Positions 29,782-41,790 of a DNA stretch of 64,000 nucleotides are shown one piece after another. A program made the position numbers and the translations under genes. Every line of letters starts with the position of its first letter. Position 1 is the stretch's first letter. Origin of the DNA: Balamuthia mandrillaris. Taxonomy: Eukaryota. The stretch covers positions 1-64,000 of the forward strand of contig JAVKOQ020000047.1 in the NCBI GenBank assembly GCA_031835245.2, given 5' to 3'. Below the pieces are notes generated by a model. It worked only from the letters and a program-made list of their open reading frames with translations. It did not search any database and was not told the DNA's origin.

Positions 29782-30883
29782 TACACATGTTTTGTATTAA
29801 TGTATAGTTAGGAAAGAAAGAAGACTTAAGAATTAGTGTTCAGGAGAGGGATAAGACACGCTATTTAACATCATTTATCTTCATTGGTTTGCTCCTTTTG
29901 CTGGAGGAAGAGCTGCTCCTTGTGTTGCTAAGAGTCAGATGAAGTACAGAAAACTTGCCTCTTTCATCCAACTATTTGCTCCAGAAAAACCATATTCAGC
30001 AATGACAAAGCAGTGTTTCAGCATCAACTAATGGAGGCCAAGGCTATAAAATGATGTTATAGTAACCAAAAGTTGTAAAAATAAAGAAGTTCTTAATTTT
30101 GATTACCTTTGTGCATCAACACAACAACACTTGCCTTTTACAAAATAATAAAATAAGAATAAAGAAAACACAAACAATAAAATAAAATAAATTTTCCTTG
30201 ATACTTCAACTTTTGCACATTGCCTGGCAAAAGTTTCTATGTAATCCTGTGTGAATTTCATTTGTAAAGGTATATTTGTCCTCCTTTATTTTCAAAGATT
30301 TGTGTTTTTAAGGCTTTTGAGATACCATAGCTTGGACCAAAAACATAAGAAAACATTTGTTCTCCTAAATGCGTTTAGCTCCCATCTTTCTCTTTGTTTT
30401 TGTCTTAAACACAGAACAAACAAAAGGAGAATCTCTTTTTGGAAAATTGAAAGGGTAAAAAATTTGTTATAAAATAATATACTAAAATCAAAAATAATTT
30501 TTTTTATTTATTTAACAAAAAAATAATGTTTTTTTCACTTTTTTCAAAAAAGAGTTAACCATCCATCACTGTGTTGATACATCTTTATACAAAAGATATA
30601 ACTTCTCATTTAGGAATAAAAGTGTAATTTTTTCCAATCAAAAAATACCAAAAAATTACACTTTGTGACATGTCAACAAATACATACAACTACATCAGTT
30701 GATAAAATAAGATTGCAGTACTTCTACTTCCAAAACAGAGAATTGGGACAAAACATGATGGCCCAACATTCACCTACAGTCACAGTGGTTATAAAGTGCA
30801 ACATAGATCTGAGAAAGAAGGAATTATGAAAAAGAGAGGCCAGAGACAAGAAAAGTAAGAAAGGAGCGAAGCAAAGCAGAGCA

Positions 30884-31145
30884 AAACAGAGCAAAGCAAA
30901 GTAGAAAGAAAAGAAATGGAGGGAAAAACAACAAAACAAAAAAAGATAAGAAGAAAAGAATGAGAAAAGGAAAAACTAATCTTTTTATCTAACATGTAAA
31001 AGGAACCCTAAAAGCACTCTTTAATAATCACACATGTTTGATAAAAAGATTAGTTTTTCCTTTTCTCATTCTTTTCTTCTTTTCTTTTTTTGTTTCGTTG
31101 TTTTTCCCTTCATTTCTTTTCTTTCTACTTTGCTTTGCTCTGTTT
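30884..31145. repeat. Long imperfect inverted repeat (~114-bp arms, 34-nt spacer)
   Basis: 30884-30997 is the near reverse complement of 31032-31145. Confidence 0.9.
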
Positions 31146-31369
31146 CTTTTCATAATTGACCCAGAGCTTTGTTTTCATCTTCTTTTCATTGTAGGACCCA
31201 CTGCGTGAGATGGAAACAAGAGCATAACTGCCAATGCACTTGTTTTTTAGTTATCACCAATCAATATTCTTAGTGATGGTTGAACAATTTCTTTCTCTTT
31301 TTCTTTAACTTCTTTCTTTAGTTTTTCAGTTTTTTTTCCTTTTCTTTCACTTTTTTTAGAATGGCAATG

Positions 31370-31842
31370 GGCTGTGCCATATGACACAGATCAACTCTTT
31401 GATTAAGGAAAGAAAGTAATTATTGCTTTGTGTAATACAGATCAATTCTGTGATCAACTGTAATTACCAACTAATTTAGTTACTTTCACTTTTTAAAAAG
31501 GACAATTACTGCATCATATGGTGCAGATCAATTCTTTGATCAACTATGATTACAAACTAAAGAGGGTGATGGCTGTGCCATGTGACCCAGATCAGTTCTT
31601 TGATTAACTATCATAAACAAATTTAGTTTTTCTATTATTCTTATATATTATTCACTTTATAAAAAGGTTAATTTTTGCACTATACAGCGTAGATCATTCT
31701 TTGATCATTAACTGTCCTTTTATAATATATAAGATCGATCACTTTCCTTTTATAATTCACAAGATCGATCACCTTCCTTTTATAGTTTGACTCTGATCTG
31801 CACAGATCAATTTTAGATCAAATACTTTCCTTTTATAGTTTG
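31370..31842. repeat. Array of degenerate AGATCAA-n4-TTGATCAA motifs
   Basis: Copies at ~31387, 31438, 31524, 31588 and 31690, with variants at 31731, 31761 and 31802. Confidence 0.75.
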
Positions 31843-31929
31843 GTTGATAATTGTATTGTATGGTGTAGCTTATTATGGTGCAACTCAGTTTGTTTTCATT
31901 TTTTTCAAAAAAATTAATTTTTGTTTATT

Positions 31930-34900
31930 AAGGAACATTGGACAAAGCTGGAAAGGAAAGATTCTTCTATTGGGAGCTTGCATCAAGAGGAAGCAGGTCC
32001 AGAAGGACCGTCTTGGTCTGATAGCAACAGGCTTAAGAAGGAGAGCTTTAATCTTGCATAGAGGAAAAGATTGAGGGTGGGCAAAGCAGCTGGAGTGGAT
32101 AATATCAATGGGAAAATGATGAAGTATGGAGGTAAACATGTGCAAGACACAACTTGGACACTGATCAAGGCCATTGAGAACCAAGGCGTGTTCTCCAAGG
32201 AGTGATAACAAGAGGTGGTTATCCCCTTGCATAAACTATAGAGGAATTACTCTCCTATGCAACACAGCCAAGGTGTTTGAGGGAGCTATCTTGGTGCAAT
32301 TAAACATACAAGCAAGAGAGCAAGGGTGGATAAGTGATTACCAGGGCGGATTTAGAAAAGGAAGAGGAGTCATGGATCAAGTGTGGTGGTTGAAGAAATA
32401 CCTGATGAAGAGAAGCAAAGAACGTAATTATATTGCTCTGTTAGATATCAGCAAGGCATACAACATGCTTGACCATAACATACTGGCAAGGACATTGTGC
32501 AAAAGAGGAGCAGAAGAGGCAGCAGATAGCATTATTGCAGAGTGGTACTGTGGTATGACAAGTGTCATTCACATGAATGGGCAACTCTCTAAGGAATTTC
32601 TGGTAAAAAGAGGAGTTAAGCAAGGAGGAGTTTTATCTCCCTTCTTGTTCAATGTATATGTATATTGGCTTGGTTGTAAGAAAGCTATAGGTGACAGAGG
32701 AAAAGGAAAGAGGAAATAAAGCAAGGAATGTTTGCTTGTTGTTTGCAGATAATTTGGCAGTGGTGACCAGTGATCCTTTTGATCTTCAGAGAAGACTGAA
32801 TGTGATAGTGGAAGCATTGAATGCTCTGGGACTCCAGTTCAATGCCAAGAAATCAGTGGTACAAGGAAAGAAGGCTTGCAGAAAAGAGTGGAGACTAAAG
32901 GGGAAAGCTGTGAAACGTGTGAAGGAGGCCAAGTACCTGGGACTGTGGTTTGAAGAAAGTGGTGAGTGGACAACCCATGCTAAGGAGAGGATGCTCCTCC
33001 TCAGCCAGTACAAAGCCAGAGAGTTCCAATGAGCTGTCCAAAGCCACTGTTCCTATATTCTCCTCCTTTTTCTTCCTCCCTATTTCTTTGCTCTTTAGGC
33101 TTCCACAGCGGTTTGCCTTCATTCTTGGCTTGTTAGATTCAAGCTTTGCCTACCCACCAGCAGGTGAAAGCATACAGCCTGGCTCTTTTCACAATAATGT
33201 CTTCAGCAGCCTGGGCCGTCTCCAGAGTAACTCCTTGATGCTGCATGCCATTCTTCTCTCCTACTTTCCACACTTCGACTTACTTGAGCCCCAACTCAAA
33301 GATCCTCTTACAAACTTTTTCCTTCTTAAGGTCCTTATTGTTCACCACAATTGATCTACCCTCCACAGCTCCTACCTTGGAGTAGGGACTGACAAAGCCA
33401 TACTTTGGTTTTACTGTAGACCAATAGTTTGGGTCAGTTACTGTATCATTGGTCCATGTCCTCCTGTATATATATTGAAGTTATCCTGCCAACTTATCTC
33501 TTGATCTTTTGCCATTTCTTCCTTTCAGTATTCCAAGCTTAGTGCACTAGCTATAGTTACCATTGGAGGGAAATTCCTTTCTGCAGTAATCTGGTCACAC
33601 CATGGAGCAAATTCGACGACCTTTGTGTATAACTGTTGATAATGGGCACCCAGAGCAAGACCACCTTTGGTACCTTTTGCACTTCCTTTTTCCTCACCAT
33701 AAGATTATTAATCTCCTGGACATCAAGAAGAGAATCTTGGACCTGGTCAAGGAAAGTGATTATTGGAGGAGATTGGAATGCCAGGGTTGGAAAGGCTGGA
33801 ATGATAGAGGTGAATCTACTTACAACAGGACATAACAATTGGGAAGGCATTGAGGATGAGGGAGTAAGAGAAGTAAGAGTACACTACATATGTACAATGC
33901 TAACTTTTTATGTATAGGTTAGTGTTGCTCTCAGAGCAAATAACTTATACTGCTTACAACAGGAGAGGTGCTGATGGAGTCTTTCAAAAGGCTGGCCCTC
34001 TTAGTGCCTCAGCTTGAAGAGGAAATACCAGTGTTTACATGGAGAGCTGGAAAACAAAAGAGCATTGTGGACTATGTGGTAGCATGGAATGGCAAGGTAG
34101 CTGGCAATGAGTGACAAGCATGGACTGATCATCAACCTCTGGTAGTGGAGTTGAAGGATTCAGCAGATCATTGCAATGGAGTTTGGATGGAACATTGAAA
34201 GTGGAAGTCCTACTTGGAGGAAGATTGCAAGAGGAGGTTGAGGGAGTACAAACATGGATGGGTGCAAGTGTTTCTTCAAAGGAGAGGAATGGAAGGCCAT
34301 ACATTGATGAGTGGATCTGGCCATGAAGGAATGTCTTAGACTGGGGACCCTAAACAGTAATTGTTCATGAAAGCCTGGTGCTGGAAAAGTATAGGCACCT
34401 GAATACTGTCACAGTCAAGTTTCCTCCTTCTCAAAGGGCTAACCAAAAGGAGGAGGATGACAGAGGTGCAGAGGATCAGCGTAACTCAGTAGTGGATTCA
34501 CCCCACCAAGAGGAAGGGACCAGTGTTGTGCCCAAAAGGAAGATTGATTCAGACTCAGTCAGTGTGAACAACATTAAGGCAGACCAACAGTCAAGTAGCA
34601 CTGCTGTTCGATTGTATTAGCAGTGTTTCTCATGAGTGTGATAAGCTTTCTGAGGTAGGCGTACTTTCACTTACAATGATTGTATGATTCAGGGGCCTGA
34701 TTGAATTCCATAGTACCTCCTGGAGGGAGATACACTATATTAATTATAAAGATGCAACTCTGTCCCACTAGTTCCACCCAAGTTGAGTTGGGTGTTTGCT
34801 GCTTTTTCTTTTTTCTGATGTTTCCCTGAAAGCCCTCTCAAACGAAGAACCCTGCATCACCCCTTCCATAGCCACTCTTCCCTGGAGTAGCCCCTCTACC

Positions 34901-36470
34901 CATCCATTGATACCCCTCCAAGTGTTGGGCCTCCTATGTTTGCACACTCCAACAATGTCAAATTGCTTAGAATCACCAAGGTCAAGCAAGCCCTTTACAG
35001 CCTTAGGCAGCAGGGAGCCATTGCTCAAGGACTGGGTACACATACTGCCCAGATTGCTGCAGAGGCCATTGTCAAGTCTACTTTGTCATATGGACTTTGC
35101 ATGACAAAGCTTTCCAAATCATGGTGGAAGAAGATTGAAGCTGTGTGGAATGAGACAGTAAGAAGTGTATTGCAAGTTCATCAAAGGACTGTGACAGGGT
35201 TTGTAGAGCAGAATTGGGCTAGTTGACCATCAATGACTTGTTGCCTCACTTGGACCATTTTCGTTCTGCTTTCTGTGAAAGGCAAGCAGTAATTCGCCAT
35301 GCTGAGAGGCAAGATGGCCACTTTGAGCTTCTGAAAGAGATAAGCCAAGCAAGGGAAGAGGAAAGTGAGAAGAGAGAAGGTGAGGAAAGTGAAAGGATCA
35401 GTGATATTGAAAAGAAAGCCAAGAGGATGAGGACCTTAACTCGAGTAGCCAAGGCAGAGTATGCTGTAAAAGGAGAAAGAGGAACAAGAGCATGGCTTTG
35501 GCGTAACTTTTTGACAAATGGAAGATGTTTGATTGGACAACAACAGAGCTTAGTGATTATCAACCCAAGGAAGGAACAATTGATGAATGCTATTCGCTGT
35601 AGTGGACTGCCCATTGGTAAAAAGTGGGAAGCCATTCAACAGTCTGAAGAGGACAGTAAGCGCCCTGCATGCAATGCTGAGGAAGAAACAGCAGAACACT
35701 TCCTATGAAAATGTCCAAATCTTTGGGAAAATCATTTTAGAAGCTGGAATGTGGACAATGGGGATGAAGAACAAGTCAGAAAGCTAATTATAGAAGACTG
35801 TACTTGTAGCAGCTTCATAATAAGAACTGAATTGATCTCCTCATGTGGCTTGTCCTTCAGGTCCAACAATTGTGCTAAAAGAAAGAGTATTGTCCTTTTA
35901 AATGTAAAGGGAAACGTATACTGGAGCTACTCCAAAGCTTTATGCACCTAATCATAACAATTGTGAGAATTGTGAAAGGGTGAGGGAGTTGGATGGCTGT
36001 TAAACTGCCAGAGAGCGTAAAAGCTGTTTTCTTCACTTGAAAAGCTTTTCAAGTTGTTTCCCTTTTGTAGTACCAATTACCTGGGACGTGGTCCAATAGT
36101 CTTTCAGCCAGTTTTGGCATGATGTGAGCACTAGCTATTTGCTAGATATAGTGTAAGTGTTCGATCTCTTGAGCTCTGTTGCATTTCTTTGCACTTGACA
36201 GGAGCTTTGTTGTACAGTCTTCTATAATTAGCTTTCTAATTGTTTCTTCATCTTCATTGTCTACATTCCAGATTCTAAAACGATCTTCCCAAAGATTTGG
36301 ACATTTTCATAGGAAGTGTTCTGCTGTTTCTTCCTCAGCATTGCATGCAGGGCGCTTACTGTCCTCTTCAGACTGCTGAATGGCTCCCCACTTTTTACCA
36401 ATGAGCAGACAACCACAGCAAATAGCATTCATCAATTGTTCTTTTTTTGGGTTGGTAATCACTAAGCTCC
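31930..36470 (+). mobile_element. Cluster of degraded LINE fragments (reverse transcriptase, AP endonuclease, C-terminal zinc finger) in mixed orientation
   Basis: RT motifs NYRGITLL, YQGGFRKGR, LDISKAYN, GVKQGGVLSPFLFN, LFADN and KYLG. Endonuclease motifs IIGGDWNARVG, SIVDY and TDH. Zinc finger PACNAEEETAEHFL at 35660-35710 (+) and 36307-36360 (-). Confidence 0.9.
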
Positions 36471-36479
36471 TGAAATCCC

Positions 36480-37400
36480 TTAAAGGTGACCTCAACCACT
36501 GGTCTACCTTCCTCCTCATCACACAATTCACCTTAAATCAGTGAATATCCCATCACTCAGACTCCAAACCCTTCAAGCTCTTCTTTGGCAAACCTCTTTC
36601 TTACCCAGACAACTACTTTAATAGTATATCCAAAATTAAAACTCCACCTGAGATCACCTCTCTCACCAAGGTCATGCTGCAAATCTTCTACCCTTCTATC
36701 TACAAAAAGGTTACTAAGTACTCCGCCAACATAGAAAAGTACTTCAACATAACAAACAAAATCATTTACTTTTCTTCTGGGGACAAGGTGCTACTGAAAA
36801 ACTCCTCAGCAAACTCTAAAACTGACCCAAATTTCTTGGTCCCTTTATCATCCTCCACTGCACTGATAACGGAGCCTACATCCTTCAGGACATCACTGGC
36901 AACATACTCCTTGACAAGGTTCCTCCAAGTGCTCTCACGCCTGTGGATCGTGACACCCGTTTTGAAGATAAGCACTATGAAGTGAAAAAGATCCTCAACC
37001 ATGATGGCCCACCTTCCAACTGCTACTACCTTGTGAAGTGGAGAGGATACCCTGACTCGAACAACTCTTGGGTTGCAGCCAAGGACTTCAGCTCTCAGTG
37101 ACCCATCTCCACCTACTGGGAGAAGAAGTACCAAGAAACGTCACAAACAGTGTTAGTTCTCTTTGGGAAGGCAGTGATGTTGGAAAACCAACAATTTATG
37201 TCATTATGACTTCCTGTTGACACTTTCCCTGGATACTCCAACTTCTCTCACCCCTTTTTATTTTCCCTTTTTCCTCATGATACACTCAAAGCACACACTT
37301 TGGTCCACACCTCTTTTCTTGTGAATAAACCTGGAGTCGCTTATGTGCTGTCACTTATGCTGTCCCTTTCTTGATCTGCAGGGTTTATCCCTCATCAACA
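36480..37400 (+). mobile_element. Chromoviral Ty3/gypsy remnant: integrase C-terminus, chromodomain, PPT and 3' LTR
   Basis: GDKVLL..FLGPF (GPY/F module) and HYEVKKILNH..YYLVKWRGYPDSNNSW. A purine tract precedes the LTR TGTTG(37178)...CAACA(37400), which contains AATAAA. Confidence 0.88.
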
Positions 37401-38899
37401 AGTAGATTGCTGAACTTGGCCTTGAAAAGAGAAGTTTCCAAATAACGGATTTCATAGTCCACTCCTGAGGATTGATGTCCATTCAGATCAGGAAAGGAAG
37501 GGAATGAGTCGAGTAAGGAGGAAGAGTTGAAGCAGAAGGAGCAAAGAGCTAAGGAAGTGAGTGAAGAAGAGAGGAGAGAATAGGCACAAAACTTTCAAGT
37601 TCTTCATTGAGGTAAAGAAGGAGTGAAATGTCTCACTATATATAACCTTTGCTGAGACAAAGTAAAACAAAAAGTAAGTCAGCAATGAATGAAAACTCAG
37701 AAATGAAACTAAAGGAGTTGTTGCATACATACCAATATGTTGTTTGTGTCATAACATTGTTGACTTGTCTCATCTATGCCCTAACTCATCACATCAACTA
37801 GCTGTTTCTCACTATTAGTATTCAGTAGAGAGATAGAGGGAGTGAGAGCAAGAGAGAGAAAAGGGGATCGCAACACAGCAGGTTTACATACAGTCACGTC
37901 AAAAAGGTATAACAAGAGGTATCTTTCTTACAGTACAATGATGAAGGGCTTTCTTTCTCATTCTCTGGCCTGGATATTTGACTTTGATTTCTTCTTGTCC
38001 TTCTTGTCTTTTTTATCATCCTTCTGCTCCTTTGAGCTTCTCATCTTCATTTGTTTCTTTTGTGTGAATAGGATGGCCTTCTTCATCAACAGGTTCAGAG
38101 CTTGCTTTTCTACATTGTTTTCAGTGGGTGCCTCTTGTGTGTTGCTAGCAAGTATAGATATTCTCTCTCTGCATCTTTAGAAAATGGCATAGCAAAGGAT
38201 TTGACGCAATCTCAGTCTGATCAATAGGATGACATCAACCAGTCAATCAACGGAATCTCTAAGTATTGTGTTACCACAGGAGAAGGGAAAAGAGGGAAAA
38301 AGTAGAGAATAACAGAATTAGAGAGAGAAACAGTACACATAAAGCAGGTCTTTCTAATAAGAGCAAACCAAGAACCACCCCAATCTTATCTCTCCTTTGT
38401 GAGCGTTATGTGAGAAAGAGGGATTGACATGACTCAAGGCTGGGTTGTGACAAGAAAATGAAGAGCAAAAATAAGCCTCTATCACTGACAGTGAGCCATG
38501 GAAGCATACTTCTTCTAACCACTGGTTTCTTTCTTGCTCCATTTGCTTGCCTTGGCAGTGTTGACTATTCATACACAGGTGATAGCCTTCCATTTCCTCA
38601 AATGACCCTATTTGTGGGTGCAATGAAAACAGAGTCATTCTACAGTTTAATTGCATCTCCTTTGTCTCTTTTCATCACTCCTGTTCCAGATCTAAAAGCA
38701 AAGTCTCCTTGTTACCTAAGGCTGTAAAAGACTTGACCTTAGCAATTTTGCAGGTTTTTCCAAATAGGTTGTTTTTGACACTTTTTCATCCATTTCCAAA
38801 AATTGCCCATAAAATTAAGTGGGGCAAAATTGAGGAGTTGCTCTGGAGGTGGCTTAGGTTGCTGAAGATATTATTGCAGAAAGAACTAGGCTGTATGCT

Positions 38900-39660
38900 T
38901 TTGCCCACTGGTAGGTGGGCAAGAATGAAGGCAAACTGCTATGAAGTCCTAAAGAGCAAAGAAATAAGGAGAAGAATATTGGAACAGTGGCTTTGGACAG
39001 CTCTTTGGAACTCTCTGGCATGGTGCTGGCCAAGGAGAAGCATTATCATGATGCTGCCAACTAGTCTGACATTGTGAATGAAGAAGGGGAAGACACTCAA
39101 TAACTTCAATAGCATTTGTCAACTCTAAGGGTTGGGGGCAAGAGGAATTGGTCAGCTGTTGGGCGGATAGTAAGCAATTTGATATTGTTGGAGTGTGCCA
39201 CAGACTATCTAGACAAGAGGAAGGTGAGAAGAGAGAAGGGAAGGGATGTGAAGGAATGAGTGACGTTGAAAAGAAAGCCAAGAGGATGAGGGCATTAGCT
39301 TGAGTAGCCAAGGCGAAGTATGCAGCTGAAGGAGAAAAAGAAACAAGAGCATGGCTTTGACATAACTTCTTGACAAATGGAAGCTGTTTAGTTGGACAAC
39401 AATGGAAGAAAAAGGAGAACACTTCCTGTTAAGTCTAAAGCTTTGGAAAGATCATTTTAGAATCTGGAGTGTGAATAATAGAGATGAAGAAACAAGTTAG
39501 AAAGCTAATCATAGAAGATTTTACAACAAAGCTTCAGTCAAGTGGAAAGAAATGCAATAGAGCTCAAGAGATGGTCAGAATTTTATAGATAAAACAATGC
39601 AAGCAAAGTTGTAAACGGGTCTGAAAGATTATGGGCAACAAGAGCAAATTGGAGGCATGG
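38900..39660 (+). mobile_element. Further degraded LINE fragments
   Basis: Similar to 33030-33130 (reverse) and to 35370-35800. Confidence 0.75.
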
Positions 39661-39898
39661 AGGTTTTTCTGCTCTTTGGAAGTAATGTAAGTTGTTGATT
39701 TTTAAAAATCAACAACTTTTAGAAATTACTAAAAAATTAAAATAAGATATCCTGATATTTAATTGTGTTGGCAACTGCCAATATAACCAACATGTTACTT
39801 TTTTCTTGGTTTTTCCTTGGCTTATATCAGCACCTAACCTATTGCTTTCTTATGAAACTTAGGAACTTTCCTTTCTCCCTTTTGATACATGACTTCTT

Positions 39899-40560
39899 TT
39901 GATTTTGAGACGCGAGATAGAGAGCGTGCGCCAGAGAGCTGAGAAGGGGGAACAAAGAGCTGAGGAGGAGCGCAAAAGAGCCGAGGAGGAGCACAAGAGA
40001 GCTGAGGAGGAGCGCGAGAGAGCCGACAAACTCACCCACAAAATCAACGAGGACTCCACTCTCCCCGAACGCCTTCCGCCTCTTGGCGAAAGGTCGGGTT
40101 CTTCATCAAAAGCCTCCACAAAAAAGCCATCAGCGACCTTGATTAGATCCAAATGTCCCTTTGGTAGCATTCCAGAGCTTCAAGACAGGCTAACACAACC
40201 CAAAGCTAAACCCTCCCTTATACACCAGTTGAATGCGAACCTGGGTCCACGAGGATAGTGTCAAATACTTTGTCTCCACTATCCTTCATGATGTCGCGCT
40301 GGAAGTTCGAGATTTCCACCTGGCCCCAGAAAAGGGCATTTTGGGCATAAGACCAGGTAACTGTTTGCTCTTGTTCTTCCACTTTCGCATAATAAGCTCA
40401 CATTGACTTCTTTGCATGTGAAGATCCTCAGCAGGCCTGTGGGGATTGTGGAGCTCAAGACACCTGCTCCTCCCAACCGAAATAAAAGCATATTGGACTC
40501 CAATAACCTCGCAGGGCAGGTCTATGATTACCTCAAGTGCTTACAATCATTTCACGGTCT
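39899..40560 (+). pseudogene. Fragment of a coiled-coil plus PD-(D/E)xK REase-like gene, truncated by an inverted duplication
   Basis: RAEEERKRAEEE repeats and PVGIVELKTP...GQVYDYL. The reading frame is lost at the inverted repeat. Confidence 0.5.
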
Positions 40561-40644
40561 CTTGGTAGGTGGACACAATTGCAAATGGGTGTGCAAGACC
40601 GTGAAATGATTGTAAGCACTTGAGGTAATCATAGACCTGCCCTG
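40512..40644. repeat. Perfect 49-bp inverted repeat with a 35-nt spacer
   Basis: 40512-40560 is the exact reverse complement of 40596-40644. Confidence 0.97.
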
Positions 40645-40714
40645 GATATGTTGGCTTTACACCGATGCTGTGAAACGGGCCGCAAGAGAAACTAGCTTGG
40701 ACTTCTTTACTTAC

Positions 40715-41371
40715 AACAATAGGAACATTCAGTGACAACTCCCAGAAAGCCCGCCCTGTAAGACATGACATAAGCCGTTACTAGTGGAAGAAAGAAAAAC
40801 CAAGCAAAAAAGCGTGGTCTAACCCTTCAAGTAGGTTGTGTGATGGCCCAACTTAGAGGCAGGACAGCTCACAGTGATGCCTTCTTCCAGATTCTCAAAT
40901 AGGAGTTTGTCTTTCTCTTGCCCTTTGTAAGTGAAGGTTCCTTTTTCCAATAAAACATCTTTCAAAGGGTAACCGACATTGGTGAGGAGAATGAGGGAGA
41001 AAGAGAAAGAGAGGGAGGGAGAGGAAGAGAGAGGGAAGTTAGACCAACAAAAGAAGAAGACAAAGAACAGAAATAAGGACCTTCAACATTTTCAGCAGAG
41101 CAAAACGTTCAATCTTACGCACACCCGTTTCCAAGTCCTTGATGGTGGCACTGACGTGGGCAGCGCCGTGGGCGGTATTCCTGGACTGTCCGATCTCTAC
41201 AATCTCCCAAATGCTGCCCCGGAAGCGGAAGGCTTGCCCTCTTCTAAGATCCACAGCCTTGACGTACGACCGACTCCAGCAACCGGTTTGCCACGCTTTG
41301 TTCACCGAAGTCCGCTGAAGACACACCAGAGGAGCCCTCCAAGGCAGGAGGCTCCCTTGTCTTGCTAACAT
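40715..41371 (-). CDS. Elongation factor P-like protein with putative mitochondrial presequence; 3' end missing or rearranged
   Basis: KAVDLRRGQAFRFRGSIWEIVE...AHVSATIKDLETG..ERF (KOW-like domain I). The next exon encodes DVLLEKGTFTY..LLFENLE..KLGHHTTYLK (domain II-like). Confidence 0.65.
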
Positions 41372-41790
41372 GGCAGGCGCTACGCGCGTGAAGACGACGT
41401 CCGTGTTGTTGTGCCTTACTTAAAAAAAAAAATAAATTTGTTGCTCCACAAAATGTGCAGCATTCCTGCACGTTATTATTAAAGAAGGTCTCCTCCCCCG
41501 AAGGCGCTGCAGAGCTAAAGGACAAACGCGAGCGAGCCAAAGAGGCCCAAAGAGCTGCAAAGAGTGAAGGAGAAACAGAAACGTGCAACATCGAGTACTA
41601 CATCAGTGAGACTGCAGCTTGGTCTTCCACACGGGTCCGTCGGGGAAAGAGTACTCCTCGATGGATGCTGCGTGCATTTGAGTGCTGTAGCCGGGGTCCT
41701 GTGGTGGCATGTAACACCCGTTTCTAGGCCGTGCTTTGTTTGTCAGTTCCTGAGGGGGAAAAATAACACAAAAGAGCAAGAAACACGTAC

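Noticed and set aside
31370..31842. CRISPR-like repeat-spacer array
   Set aside because: The repeats are degenerate, spacing is irregular, the spacers resemble each other, there are no cas genes, and the context is eukaryotic.
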